Part shown: positions 1 to 16,840 of the stretch, piece after piece
How positions within the stretch are numbered: position 1 is the stretch's first letter
How the letters are laid out: each line of letters begins with the position of its first letter
Source: the human T2T-CHM13v2.0 reference genome, Homo sapiens
Strand: one strand, 5' to 3'
Assembly: GCF_009914755.1 (NCBI RefSeq)
Contig: NC_060932.1
Length of the DNA: 64,000 bases
Notes under the pieces: model-generated
Seen by the model: the letters and a program-made list of their open reading frames with translations, nothing else
Told to the model about the DNA's origin: nothing
Database searches by the model: none
Made by a program: the position numbers and the translations under genes

Positions 1-2706
<2,706 letters not shown>

Positions 2707-2719
2707 GAACAAACACAAT

Positions 2720-3065
2720 ATTTAAGAAGAAAGTCTGCTATGCTCCCTCCAGAACCAGGAACCAGGGTCCCACACTGGGAATCTGAATTGCCATCTTAAA
2801 GATTGTCACTGAGCCGGGATCTTGGATAGAGAAAGAACAAGCAAAATACTGTGAAGCTTTATTATCACTTTTAAATTGCTTTATTACCACTTTTAAATTA
2901 CTTTTTCTTGATTCAGCATTTACTTAGTTGCTATGAACTTTTTACTGTTTTTTAGAGCTATGACAAAGTTGGTTCTGAGAGTTTTTGCTTGATTTTTTGA
3001 TGTTCCTGTGAAGGGATAGAACCTTTGAGCTATCTACTCTACCAGTTTTGCTATAATAACATCAC
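2720..3065 (-). mobile_element. Ancient L1M (L1MC/MD-type) 5'-end fragment
   Basis: GACAAAGTTGGTTCTGAGAGTTTTTGCTTG...GAGCTATCTACTCTACCAGTTTTGCT resembles the reverse complement of old L1 5' ends. Confidence 0.6.
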
Positions 3066-3491
3066 TCTTCTAATCATTTTTTTAAATGGGATTGCTTAGA
3101 ATCCTGTATATAAATGCATTTCATATACATATGGAGATGATTTTGTTTCTTCCTTTCCAATCCAGGTATTTTTTTTTCCTTGCCATATTTCCCTGGCTGA
3201 AGCCCCAGCACAATAGTAAATAGAACTAGTGAGAGCAGACATTCTTATCATGTTACTGATCTTAGGGGAAATGCTTTCAGTCTTTCACTATTAGATATGC
3301 TGCTTGCTATGGGTTTTTCATAGATGTCTTTTATAAAGTTGAGAAAGTTTCCTTTTATTCCTAGTTTGTTGAATTTTTTGTTTATTTTTGTTCTTGATAT
3401 TGTTTTTTAATCAAGAGTGTTGGATCTTGTCAAGTCCCTTTTCTATTGATATGGGGCATTCCATTAATTCATACATTGAGTTGACCATGTG

Positions 3492-4211
<720 letters not shown>

Positions 4212-4323
4212 ATGTGGTTTCTGTTCTTTATTCTGTTGATATGGGGCATTCTATTAATTCATTTTCAAATGTTAAAAGAGGCTTGCATTCCTGTGATAAA
4301 TCCCACTTGGTCATGGTGTATAA

Positions 4324-4622
4324 TTTTTTTTTTTTTTTTTTTTGAGACGGAGTCTCGCTCTGTTGCCAGGCTGGAGTGCTGTAGCAGATCTCGGTTTATT
4401 GCAAGCTCCGCCTCCTGGTTTCACGCCATTCTTCTGCCTCAGCCTCCCGAGTAACTGGGACTACAGACGCCCGCCACCACGCCCGGCTAATTTTTTGTAT
4501 TTTTAGTAGAGTCGGGGTTTCACTCTGTTAGCCAGGATGGTCTCGATCTCCTGACCTCGTGATCCGCCCTCCTCGGCCTCCCAAAGTGCTGAGATTACAG
4601 GAGTGAGCCACTGCGCCCAGCC
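4324..4622 (-). mobile_element. AluY
   Basis: Diagnostic GCAAGCTCCGCC, TTCACGCCATT, TTAGCCAGGATGG; CpG-rich; TSD TAATTTTT. Confidence 0.95.
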
Positions 4623-5158
4623 TAATTTTTCAATATATTGCCAAATTTAGTTTGCTACTGTTTTGTGGAGTTTTGTATCTATATTTACAAGGGAAATTGG
4701 TCTATAGTTTTATTTTGTTGGGACATCTTTCTCTGTTTTGGCATCAGGGTAATATTGGGCTCATAGGATGGGTTGGGAAGTGTTTCTTCCTCTTTTAATT
4801 TTTTTGGAAGTGCTTATTATGTATATGTGTTAATTCTTATTTAAATATATGGTAAAATTCATCACTGAAGCCATCTGGACCTGGCATTTTCTTTGTGAGC
4901 AGTGTGGTGTTTTTTGTTTGTTTTGTTTTAGTTGCAAATTCAATTTCTTGTTATGGTACTGTTCAATATTCTCTTTCTTCTTGAGTTAGTTCAGTAGTTT
5001 GTGTCTTTCTAAGAATTTGTCAGTTTTATTAAAGTTACCTAAATTGCACCATGCAATTGTTCTTAATAACCCCTTATAATCCTTTTTGTTTCTATAAGGT
5101 CATTTTTCTTTTATTTCTGATTTTAGTAGTTTGAGTCTTCTGTCTTTTTTTGCTTGAT

Positions 5159-5551
5159 GGATTAGTCTATTTGGCCTGCCATAACAAAATACCAGACTGG
5201 GGACTTAACCAAAATTAACTTTCTCACAGCTCTAGAGGCTAGGAAGTCCAAGGTTAAGAGTCCACCTGATGTGGTTCTTAGGGAGGGCTCTCTTCCTGGC
5301 TTGTAGAGGGCTGCCTTCTTGCCGCACTCACACAGGGCCTTTCCTTGGTGCATGTGTGGGAAAACTGAGGTCTTTGATGTCTCTTCTTCTTAAAAGGACA
5401 GTAATTCTATTAGAGCAGAGTTTCACCCTTGTGACCTCATTTAACCTCAATTATCCCCATGTAGGCCCTGTCTCCAAATACAGGTACAGTCACATTAGGA
5501 GTTAGGGCTTCAACACGTGAATTTTGGCGTCTCATGATTCAGTCGGTAGTA
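5159..5551 (-). mobile_element. MLT1B-like MaLR solo LTR
   Basis: ATTAGTC...GCCATAACAAAATACCAGACTGGG...TCTCACAGCTCTAGAGGCTAGGAAGTCCAAG; flanks CTTGA/CTTGG. Confidence 0.85.
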
Positions 5552-6619
5552 CTTGGTCAGTCCAGCTGAAGTTTTATCAATTTTGTTGACCTTTGCAAAA
5601 AAACAAAACAAAAACAAAAAACCCTGGTTGTGTTGATTTTCTGTATTGCTTTAACTCCTACTTTTATATTCATTTATTTTGTATACATTTTTGAATAATA
5701 GCCACTATGCCAAAGTTTGGGAATATACATGAAGAAGTCGTATATTTTGCCCTCATGGAATGCATTGTCTTCTGCACTAGTTTCACATTTTAGCATGAAT
5801 AAGTATCTTCTTGTAAGATTATTCGAAACTGAGTTGATCATTTATAGATATATTCTTTTAGTAGCTGGGCTGGCCGATACCGTGTAGTTAATGTTACCAC
5901 TGCATCAAACACCAGCTGAAATGGAGTGTGCCACGGAGGAGGTTTTAATGTGCTAAATGCATTTTCACTAAAATACGAAAAGTGATCCCTAAGAAGTTGC
6001 TTTGTTTCTCCCTGAATATCTTGAACAGCACTTTTATTGATCTGTTTCTAATTTTAGATCCTTCAAATGGGCCAGCTTAGTAGACACTTGTCACTTGGAC
6101 ACAAATGTGTAGATATGGTTCAAGTGAGCTATAGGAGATTAAACTTGGGATAGGTGATCAGTTGGCAGGATTATAAGGTCATGGACAATCATCTAACTTT
6201 TGTGGATCTCCGATTTCTCCTCTTTTTATAAGCAAGCTTCAATTTAAACTACTCTATATGTGTGATTTTCAAATTTCCAATGTTGTGAGGCCTTAGTTTG
6301 GATGGAAACACACTCTAATTCATTGTCTAATGTAATCATTTTATTCTTTCAAAGTTTCGCAGAGACTAAAATACTAGAAAGGTCAAAGCAAAAAACTGAT
6401 GTCTGTAACAAGGAAAAAGCAGCTCAGTGCTGCCCGAAGAAGTGAAATCACGTTTTAGTAAAATAAACATTACTCTTAATAAAATTAAGTTTAATTAATA
6501 ACTGAAATGGAATTGGTAATGCTGAACTTGCCTACCTTTAAGTACCTAGGTAGAACCAGAAATCTCAGATGGTATGAATAATTACAGCTGTAAACATTTG
6601 CACACTTATTGTGTGCTGG

Positions 6620-7119
<500 letters not shown>

Positions 7120-7965
7120 TAATCTCAGCTCAGTCACACTTAGGTTTCCTATTTTTATAGAAGTGAAAAGTAAGCCCTAGAAAGCTGCTTTAGCAAGGCC
7201 AAGGAAAAGGTTATCTTTGTGATGAAAAGTTTGCTTTTTTTGAAAATGACCCAGATTTCACTCCTCATGCTTTATTGCTCACACTGTTCTACTGAAAAAT
7301 ACCATTATTTCTTTAATTTGCCTTTTTAAATCACATGTGGTTTCATCATGCCATCCTTATGGAAAACACGACATTTATCACATCTGATAGTTGCATGCAC
7401 ATGGACATGCATGCACAAACACCCAGACCCACACCCTCACTTAGGGACCCTCATGGAGGCTCTTCCATGCCACATACACAGCTGGAAACATGGGAAATGA
7501 CAGACTTTCAACATATATAGTTTCTATTTATAGTGTTGGAACTAATGAGAGTGCTTCAAACTAAGATTTAAACCTAAAGTCACGGACAAAGAGTTTTGTG
7601 TGTCATCAAATCATATGGTAAAATCAATGACTCAAAGGTCTCGAATTTGTTGTAGCTCAGTGTTTCACTGAATATGAAAACTAATTTGGTCAAGAAGCCT
7701 CTCCTTTCATTGCTACTGGGCAGTGCCCAGGGTTGGACGCTGTTGCTGAGGAATAGGCCATACTGTAGAGTCCTCACCAGCCACTGGGCAGAGGAGGCTT
7801 TGCAAGAAGGAAGAAGAGGAGGGAAACTGGGTGATACTTTTTAAGATTTGCTGACTTTAGCTTGTATTTTTGTTCTTCTGAATTATGGTTATAGCTTGGT
7901 GTGAGCATTCCAAGGTATTATTTTATAGGCAACTTACTTCTGCAAGGAATCAGATAATTGCTTTT

Positions 7966-7998
<33 letters not shown>

Positions 7999-8267
7999 AC
8001 ATGTCTTAAATCCCTTTGTGGCTGTAAGAGGGAAAAGATGACCAGGTGCCTTGTCTTAAAGAGGACAGTCCTTTGTTTTCATACTTTCTCTTCCAACCTG
8101 TTCTATGGGATTCTCCCCACAGATGCTTATTTTTCTCAGCTGAAAGCATCCTTCTTCCCAAACCTCACTTTATTTGCCCTCTGCTGATGCTTCTCCAGCT
8201 TCTTTCCTTTCCTTCCAGCTCTCTTACCAAGAACCAGTTCTTACAGTTCTGTGTCTCTTCACTCAGG

Positions 8268-8505
8268 GCCAGCACAGTGGTAGTTGGGAACACAGACTTC
8301 ACAGAGAGGGCGCCTCAGTTCAATCCTAGCTTCACCACTAAACCACTCTGTGTCACACATATGTAATATATTTTTAATTTATAAAACAAAGATGAAAACA
8401 GTACCAACATCCCAGAGTTTCTGTGAAGTTGAGCCATATAAAACACATAGAGCCATATAAAACACAGCATTGCAGCACGTGCCTGGCACTTAGTCAATGC
8501 TCGTC
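8268..8505 (+). mobile_element. MIR with internal 19-bp-period duplication
   Basis: GTTCAATCCTAGCTTCACCACT B-box-like part and GTGCCTGGCACTTAGTCAATGCTC 3' end; GAGCCATATAAAACACA at 8431-8447 and 8450-8466. Confidence 0.7.
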
Positions 8506-9820
8506 GTAACCTTGCTCTCCATCCTATGCTGATGGAGATATGTAGGAGACACAAATATAACCCCTAACACACAGAATCATTTAAGATGGGTGCCTCATTT
8601 CCTTCATTTAGAAAACGAGCTGATAATTCCTGTCTATATCAGAGCTATTTTCAGCGTTTGAGCTGCACCAGTTTACAATTCCTTCACCTTCTGATGGTAA
8701 ATGAATTCTTCACAATTGTTGCCATATTCTTTAGGAAATAGCTCACTGCTTCATTAATCAAAATAGAATAACACTGGCCTAAATGAGACTCTACGCCTTC
8801 AAAATGTAAGTGTCTTCCTCTGCAATTTCTGGTAGGATGTTTGAAAATGACCTTGCGCTCCAGAGAAACATGTCAAAGTCCCAGAGGGACACTTTTCCTT
8901 GGGTTAAGTAGTCATCACTTTGCCCTGAGGCCACAGGTGCTTCAAAATTCAAAGAGGAATTCTCCTTTTGAAGATAATATGTTGCTCTAAGAAAGATTGC
9001 ATGTCTAAGCAATTTCTTTCCTGGTGTGTTATAACTGATTAGAATTAAATTACATCAAGGGCAGTTAAGGAATTCACAGTGAATAACAGACTGACCAACT
9101 TATGCCAATTTATTAGATAAAACTGTGCAGAGTACAAATGTTATTTTCTTTCTCTTTTCCTATCTTAACAGACATCTTAGTCTCCCTCTTCAGAAGTGGC
9201 AGTTTATTACAAGAGTCCTGGCTTTCAGCCTGAGAACCACAGGTGTAAATAGCAAATGCAAGTCAGCCATAGGGTGTAGCAGTATCCAAGAGTCAACATA
9301 TCCTTACACTGGCCTACTATTTTAGTAACTGCTAAGGACGTTACTGGCCTGCAGCAACATTATGGATGCATTTCCAAACTCCTGTCTTACCAGACTTACC
9401 AACCTGGCTGGTGGTTTCTGATGAAAGAAATGACTAAAATTCGAAGACGGGCTGTAGTTCGAGATCTGTCATACCTCAGAGTGAAGGAGCTCAGAAAAAA
9501 ACTTTGTCTTCTAAGCTCTCTGAGTTGATGGGCTTTAAAATGCCACTTGATGGGCTTTAAATTGTAATCTTCTGCTCCTGAACTGATCTCATAATATCTA
9601 AGTGACTCTGAGCATGTAAATTGTGTGCCTCTGGGAGTTGGAGCTGCACTTCCAAGCCTGGGGAAACAGTGGGGACATAGCTCCACTGTGCTGTATCTAA
9701 ATCCCAATAAAGGCAGACTGAGAGCAAGGAGACAAGGAGCCATACAAAATTGCCATACCTTTTTTCTCGGGCTTTACCAAGACTTCAAAATAAGCATTTA
9801 TCTTGCAGAAATATTGACAA

Positions 9821-10029
9821 GGCAGGGCGCGGTGGCTCACTCCTGTAATCCTAGCACTTTGGGAGACCCAGGGGGGTGGATTGGTTGAGCTCAGGAGTTT
9901 GAGACCCGCCTGGGCAACATGGCCCAACTACTCTGGAGGCTTGGGTGGGAGGATTGATTGAACCTAGGAGATGGAGGTTGCAGTGAGCCGAGATCTCTCA
10001 CTGGTGCACCCCAGCCTGGGCAACAGAGT
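9821..10029 (+). mobile_element. AluJ with internal deletion of the A-rich linker
   Basis: Left arm ...GGGCAACATGG joined directly to right-arm CCCAACTACTC at 9922/9923; decayed TSD AGAAAT(G)ATTG. Confidence 0.9.
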
Positions 10030-10099
10030 GAGATCCTGTCTCAAAAAAAGAAATGATTGGGCTTAGTGTTTTTGTCAGATTCAAATTTGACAGAAGAAA

Positions 10100-10420
10100 A
10101 ATTAATTGTATTGAGTTCTTCCATCATTCCAGGCACACTTTGTATGTATTAAACATTTAAATTTGGAAAGAATTATATAATTTAGGTGCCATCATCTTCT
10201 TTTTGTAAATGAGGAAACTCAGGAACAATTAAGTTAAATACCTTGCTCTTGGTGATAAAGTATAGCTAGAAGATTAAAAACCAAGGTTTGAACCCCAACC
10301 TTAAACCTAATCCTAAACACAACCTTAACCCCAGACCTAAGCCTAAATCTGAACAACTCTAGCCCTAACTTTAACCCAAATCCACTTTCTCCAAAAGCCA
10401 CACACTGAAACACTATGCTA
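10100..10420 (-). mobile_element. MIR interrupted by a (CCCTAA)n-like tract
   Basis: TTTGTAAATGAGGAAACTCAGG core, TTTGAACCC, then after the tract CTCCAAAAGCC...AACACTATGCTA (MIR 5' end, antisense). Confidence 0.7.
10291..10382. repeat. Degenerate telomere-like hexamer repeat (CCCTAA/CCTTAA/ACCTAA/TCCTAA)
   Basis: AACCCC AACCTT AAACCT AATCCT AAACAC AACCTT AACCCC AGACCT AAGCCT AAATCT ... AGCCCT AACTTT AACCCA: 6-bp period over about 15 units. Confidence 0.75.
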
Positions 10421-11859
10421 TAATAAACTATTACATGCTGATCAATAGTATTTGGAAACTAGTGGAATTGTTTAATACAAAATAAAATGCATGAAACTAC
10501 TATTTGGTGAAAATTATAAGATAATTATATTAAATAGATTGATGAACTCCATGAATGACCAAATATTCTGGCTTTGGGCTAGTAAGTTAAGAAAGATATT
10601 TATTTTTATTTATTTGTATATTTTTTTAAAAACCAGTCATTTACCCTGACAGAAGAAAGATATTTAAAAGGTATATTTGTCATTTTTGCCCAAGTTCCAG
10701 GTAGCTATCAAGTAAAAAATGTTCCCAAGACTAGAAGCTGAAGCATTTTTAAGGGTAATCAAAATGGGATTTTCATTTTGAAAGTTGCATTGGCATTCAA
10801 AAAAGTATTCTTATTTTTAATAAGACTTATCCTGCCTCAAAGACGCTAGTAAACAGCAACTATATTTTACCATTGAAATGACTGCTGTCAAAATATTAAA
10901 TTAGTTATAAAACAGTCCAGCTACTGGGAACATAAATATCAGGTCTGTTGTACCCCAAAGATTAGCAAGGTACAAAAGAGAATGGAAAACATCAACATTC
11001 AAATGTATTTGCCATGGATGGAAGGCTCATTTAGAAAATGATAAATTCTTCCCCCTTGTGAGCCAAACACCAGCTGTAGGGGCAATGGAAATTAAATTTC
11101 ACATTCAGTTTTATATTCAAAGACGGTAACAATGAAAATCAAATTCCGGATCCACAAATAGGTGAGGTAAGTCAGGCAAAGTGATTGCAGAATAATACAT
11201 TCTGCTGTCCATTTTCAGGATTTTGCCCCAGGAGCATTTAGAATAGTTCTTATACATCACATAGGTGCTTAATACCTACTTGTCAACTGAATGAAGGAAA
11301 AAAGTCATCATGGCTGATCTATGTATTTGAATGGATGAAGAGAGAGAGAGACTTCAATATACAGATGAACCATACATATCACATAATTTTACCTTAGCTG
11401 CATCTTTGAAGAGCATGAAGAGAGGATAATACACTTTTCATGTGTTTAGTTTTATTCTTAACTGAAAGAGACATAAGTTGCTTCAACTCATTAAAGAGTC
11501 TAAACATGTCAAAAATCACTTCCGATAAAAATTTCTGTTCAAAATAAAATTTCTTTAGGAGTAATAACTGGAGGCTGAATCTATGAACTGTAACCATTTA
11601 TGTAAATTGACCAGATTATTTAAGTTGATAAGATATTTTGGTAGAGAAGGAAAAGAGGAATGCAAAACAGCAAGTTGCGGCCTTTTCCAGTCTGTTCCCT
11701 TATAACAGTAGAGGCCACTACTGAGCGTGGTCTTCTGAAAGTACTCAGCGCTAATTCAACGCAGTCACCATTGCTCGTCTTTTCTTTCATGGGGACTGAA
11801 TAGTAAGATTTACCATGTATTTCAAGTTGGGCTAGCTGCTTCATAGAAATATGTGACAG

Positions 11860-12190
11860 AATGCATAAAAGATCATGTCACTCTCTTAAATCCATTCATT
11901 GGCCTCTTGTGTCCTCAGAATAAAATCTTACATTCTTCATAGTGACTTCCAAGACTCTCTCAGAATCTCCCCACCCCTGATTTATTACACTACATCATTT
12001 TCTGTCATTTTCTCTCTTAATCACATCTTCAGTCAATATGTTTTGCTCATAATATTTGGTTCCATTTCTTTTTGCTTATCACCATTTATAACCATGGATC
12101 CATAGGTATGTTTATTTGTTCAGTGCCTTTTCTTCCATTTGACCAGGAAGACAAATGATTTAGAATGTGTGCTTGTTAAATAAATGAAGG
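11860..12190 (+). mobile_element. L2 fragment
   Basis: GATCATGTCACTCTCTTAAA...CTCAGAATAAAATC and a TGTTAAATAAATGAA 3' end. Confidence 0.6.
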
Positions 12191-13014
12191 AATAACTCTC
12201 AACTTCAAGGACACTTGGAATGTTTTTGGGGGTTAAAACTATAAGCATGAAGCAGAGAATTATACAAAAGAAGAATATAAAATATGCAACATTCTCTGAC
12301 CATATTGTATTATTGTGAGCGATCTACAGCAGAGTCTTTGGAGAAGGTCTGGGTGGGCATTAGACCTGAATGGGTATTTTAAAAACTGATGGAGAGAGGT
12401 TGTTTAAATTGGGAAATGACATGGGTAAAAGCTCAGACGTAGGAAAGATAATTGCCTGTGAGGGAGCCAGTAGGGGAAGGAGAGTCGACCAAAACAGAGA
12501 AAATAGATTTGACCAGGTCAACATTTGAGGTGTCAGAGCACTTATGTCAGATGACGCTCCTGAGCCCTGACTTTGCCCAGGATGTGAACTTCAGCACAGG
12601 CATGATGGGGTACAAGTTGTACACAATTACCAGAACTTTATGAACTCCTCTGAGTAATGCACTCAAGACACCATAAGCTAATAAAAATGTGAGAGCAGCT
12701 GAGGCCAGGGCCTCTCAGACAATGGGAGAGCCCTCAGCCAACTCTTTTTTTTTAGATTCATTGTGTAATAAAAACTAAAAAAATACAAATAATCTTACAA
12801 AAATTTTGATATATTTTGCTATGCTCATTTAACATAAAACAGTACCAAAAATTTGCAATGTAGTGTAATTGTGCTAGTCACAAAATAGGAGATTTTGAAA
12901 AAAAAGAATACACTATTGAGGATGCAGTTTAAAATAAAATAAAAGCTTAAATTTGTATAATGAACATCTTTGTATAGCGTCAACCGAAGAATACTTTAAA
13001 AGTCTGAATTCGAG

Positions 13015-13120
13015 GCTGCACTATTTGCGTGTGCCTGGCACTGTCCATGGTGCTGAGCATAGCACGAGGAGCAAGGAGGAGGCTCCTCACAGAGCTTATG
13101 GGCTGACTGGAAGAGAGGTG
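13015..13120 (-). mobile_element. L2 3' fragment
   Basis: GTGCCTGGCACTGTCCATGGTGCTGAGCATA...CCTCACAGAGCTTATGGGCTGACTGG. Confidence 0.6.
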
Positions 13121-13986
13121 GGCCTCCTCTTGGAACTTATGAAGTCATTCAAGGCCCAGTAACCAACACTGAACTAGAAAGAAAGTGGTCAAACTTTAAT
13201 AAATGTTGGAGGAAAAAAACCATTAAAAATGTAAATCAAAGTGGCTCTATGGTAGGCTAGGGCTGTTGATAAAAAATGGCAGTATTAGAAGAGACACTTA
13301 TGGGCACAGATTATAAGTCAGGTTATATATTAATATGAGTTTAGGGTGATGGTAAGGTAAACAAGTGAGAAACTACTTAAGGTTTTAAACATATGAAACT
13401 AAAGAATAATGGGCAGACGAGAGCTGGGGTTACCACGTGAGAGTTCTAGTTGGGAAAATAATTACAGGTGCAAAAAAGGGCATGGGGGACAGATTCGGCA
13501 TGAGGATTTTAAAAAGAATTAAACACAGTGCTCATATTTATCTTAATTCTTCCCCTTCTCCTAAAAAAGAAACAGAACCTCAGTTAAGGATGAACTAAAT
13601 CATAAATTGAGACTGCATGTAGGTAACACTGGAATCACAAAAAAAAAAAAGAAAAAAAAATGGAGTCAATGATGGCTACACTGAGACGTTTCCCAAAAGT
13701 TCACTTTCAGTCTTCACCAAGCCCAGGGCCTCCACTCCTCTTCCCCTACATGACTCTCCTCTGGCTGAAGTCAATGTGGCTAGTTCCTCCCTGCAGCTGT
13801 ATGCTTGCTAAGAATAGTTTGATCACTGTGTGCATATGTTGAGAAATAGCTACAGAGACAATTAGCAATTTAGTGTTTTGGATTAAATATTGCCCTATTT
13901 TCTCAGTTATCTTTTCAAAAGTAAATACTCCTTGATGTTGAGATATACTAAGTGATTAACATCTTGGTGGAAATTAACTTTTCAGT

Positions 13987-14152
13987 TTTTTTTTTAAATT
14001 TTAAAGTATTTAATTGACAAATACAGACTGTGGACAACATGGTGATTTGATATATGTATACATTGTGTAATGATGATCAGAATCAAATTAATGAACACAT
14101 CTTCCACCACCCATGCTGTACGCTAGAGCTCCCGATCTCATTCATCTTATGT
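13987..14152 (-). mobile_element. L1MA-type 3'-end fragment
   Basis: TTTAATTGACAAATA...GATTTGATATATGTATACATTGTGTAATGAT...ATGCTGTACGCTAGAGCTCC...TTCATCTTAT. Confidence 0.75.
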
Positions 14153-15651
14153 CTGATTAAAATTTTTCTTTTTGATGGTAGAAATTTTTGTGCAGACAGG
14201 ATATTTGGGTTGGTGTGAGACCCCATGGAAAAGATGAGTGGAGTAAGGATGACAAATGTAGTGCACCCATGTGAACACTGAGCCCACCCAATTCACCACC
14301 GAGGCAGCCACATTCAATAGGATGTTTATAAACAGATCATCTGAAGGACAGGATCTGAAGCATCCAAGGCCAGCCTGCCAACAGCACCTCTGCGGACTCT
14401 AACCACTGCAGACAGGGATGTCGGCCCAGCGCATTGCAGCCCTCACAGGAAGCAATCCCATTCCAGAGCTCCTCTCACACCCACTGTGCTGATGGGCCTG
14501 GCTCACAGGCTCCATTCTCTGCTTCTGAAACCATTCCTTTCTAAGACATTGGAGTTGGATTCCCTAGGGCATGCAGCCCAACTTAACTCCTCCCTACAGT
14601 GGCATTAACTTACATCAGAGCTGCACAGTGCTGAGTTACAGTATTGGCCACACCTCATTTTACCATCAGGACTAGCCTCAGAAGGACAATAGTTTAGATT
14701 CTTTCAACATTCACTGAAGGCCCCACACTTGATTATGAGGCTCTCCTTGCATGCCAGGTTCGGAGCTAACCTGGGGATAAGGGATAAGCAGACAGAGCCC
14801 ACTTCTGTGGCCTGAGGGTTCTGACTGTAAGCCCAGGGCTCCTGCATAAACCATGGCATCTGCCCAGGTGGACTGGGAAGGACCTCTCTAGATAAACAGA
14901 TAACTTGTTTGGCATGCTGTTCAAAAGGCTTTATAAGTAAATTAATCTTCTTTACGTGAACAAACAGTGTATGCCTCCAGAGCCAAATTGGTACTGAATT
15001 TAGTGATTAAACAACACTATCTTTTCTTACTGAGCACTTCACATTTTGTGAGTTCTCTCAAAGTTTGAGTTGTTGCTCAGTATTCTGGACAAGAAAAGGA
15101 ACAGATCCTTCTATTGCATCCAGGGGCCTTTTAATAAACATCACCACTGTAAAGCATTGTCATCTTGGCTGCTCCTCATCTGGAGTGCCCCTGAATGCAC
15201 AGGTTTTTCTGTGGCCATGAAGGAATGCAATGTCTCTTTTGTCTTTAGGCTGTAGCTTTGGATAGACAGATTCCTTTTTTCCTTTAGATGTGTATTTTTT
15301 CCCCTTCAACTAAAATGTTTTGGGCTATCACGGGTATTTCTCCTGGGTTATTTTCATATGAGTTACCTACTTGAGAGTTACTAAAACAGTCATTCTGAAA
15401 TACAGTTGTTTATTTCTCCTCCCTGAAAAAAAAAATTCCTTTTAAGAAACCAAACTTTAATATAACATCAATATGACAATGCAACAAATAACTTCTTAAA
15501 TATAAAAAAATCATAAATCACTCTTTTCTTTACATCTGAAAGATAATAAATTAAAATATAACCTTCCCTCTTCCCCACTCCCCCCAAAAAATGGCACAAG
15601 AATATTTATTTTTTTCTTTGCTCCTCAAATTTGTCTTTTAGTAGTTGAGAG

Positions 15652-15886
15652 CAGATGAAATCTTTTATCACTATATTTAGACGTCAACCAGGCAGGTTGC
15701 TGCCATGGTAACTGCTGCACAAAGAAATGCTAGCAAGGGAGGGGCTTGTGGGCTCTAAGGAGGTACTTACTTAGTGCCAACCGAGAGAGAGTAAAGATGC
15801 TACCTGATCAAGGCTTCCAGCAGCTCCTCTACCCACCTGTACCCACCTGCCTGGCTGCATATGCCAGCTGCTTCTGCATCCACCTG
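15652..15886. promoter_or_regulatory. Candidate enhancer/promoter: RFX X-box, CRE-like site and E-box cluster
   Basis: GCTGCCATGGTAAC (15699-15712; 1 mismatch to GTTGCCATGGTAAC), GACGTCA (15680-15686), E-boxes at 15652, 15834, 15844, 15858, 15865, 15881, in non-repeat DNA. Confidence 0.45.
15771..15883 (-). other. Candidate internal exon (113 nt) of a minus-strand transcript
   Basis: Acceptor cctgccctattgcag|G and donor TAA|gtaagt. Confidence 0.3.
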
Positions 15887-16058
15887 CAATAGGGCAGGCA
15901 GGACTTCTGAACACCACCGCCGCCTCTGTGCAGCTAATGTCTGTAAAATAGGGAAAGATGGTACAAAGGAGTCCCTGCACTCCAGGACCCCCACCCCACA
16001 TCCAGGTTACTCTCTAATCCCCAACAGTGCTGCCTTGGCTTTAAGCAATCCGACTCAC

Positions 16059-16090
16059 CTTGAATCTCAGGATAACTCTAGACGCCCACT
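16059..16090 (-). other. Candidate 32-nt exon
   Basis: Acceptor tttgatctcttattacag|A and consensus donor AAG|gtgagt. Confidence 0.3.
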
Positions 16091-16181
16091 CTGTAATAAG
16101 AGATCAAATAAGTATATTGCTTTGCATGTTTATCTCATGTTATTTCAGCACACCTACCGCATGGTAAGAATTCACAGGGCT

Positions 16182-16840
<659 letters not shown>

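Noticed and set aside
2856-2899. 22-bp tandem duplication (likewise 8431-8466, 18810-18855, 30775-30821, 37217-37236)
   Set aside because: Ordinary slippage duplications, mostly inside repeats, with no shared motif
8791-9012. 73-aa minus-strand ORF as terminal coding exon
   Set aside because: Acceptor is plausible, but no recognisable homology and no nearby poly(A) signal; kept only as a weak member of the exon chain
12699-12740. Imperfect hairpin GCTGAGG...GGGCCTCTC...GAGAGCCCTCAGC
   Set aside because: Short and bulged; no ncRNA family features
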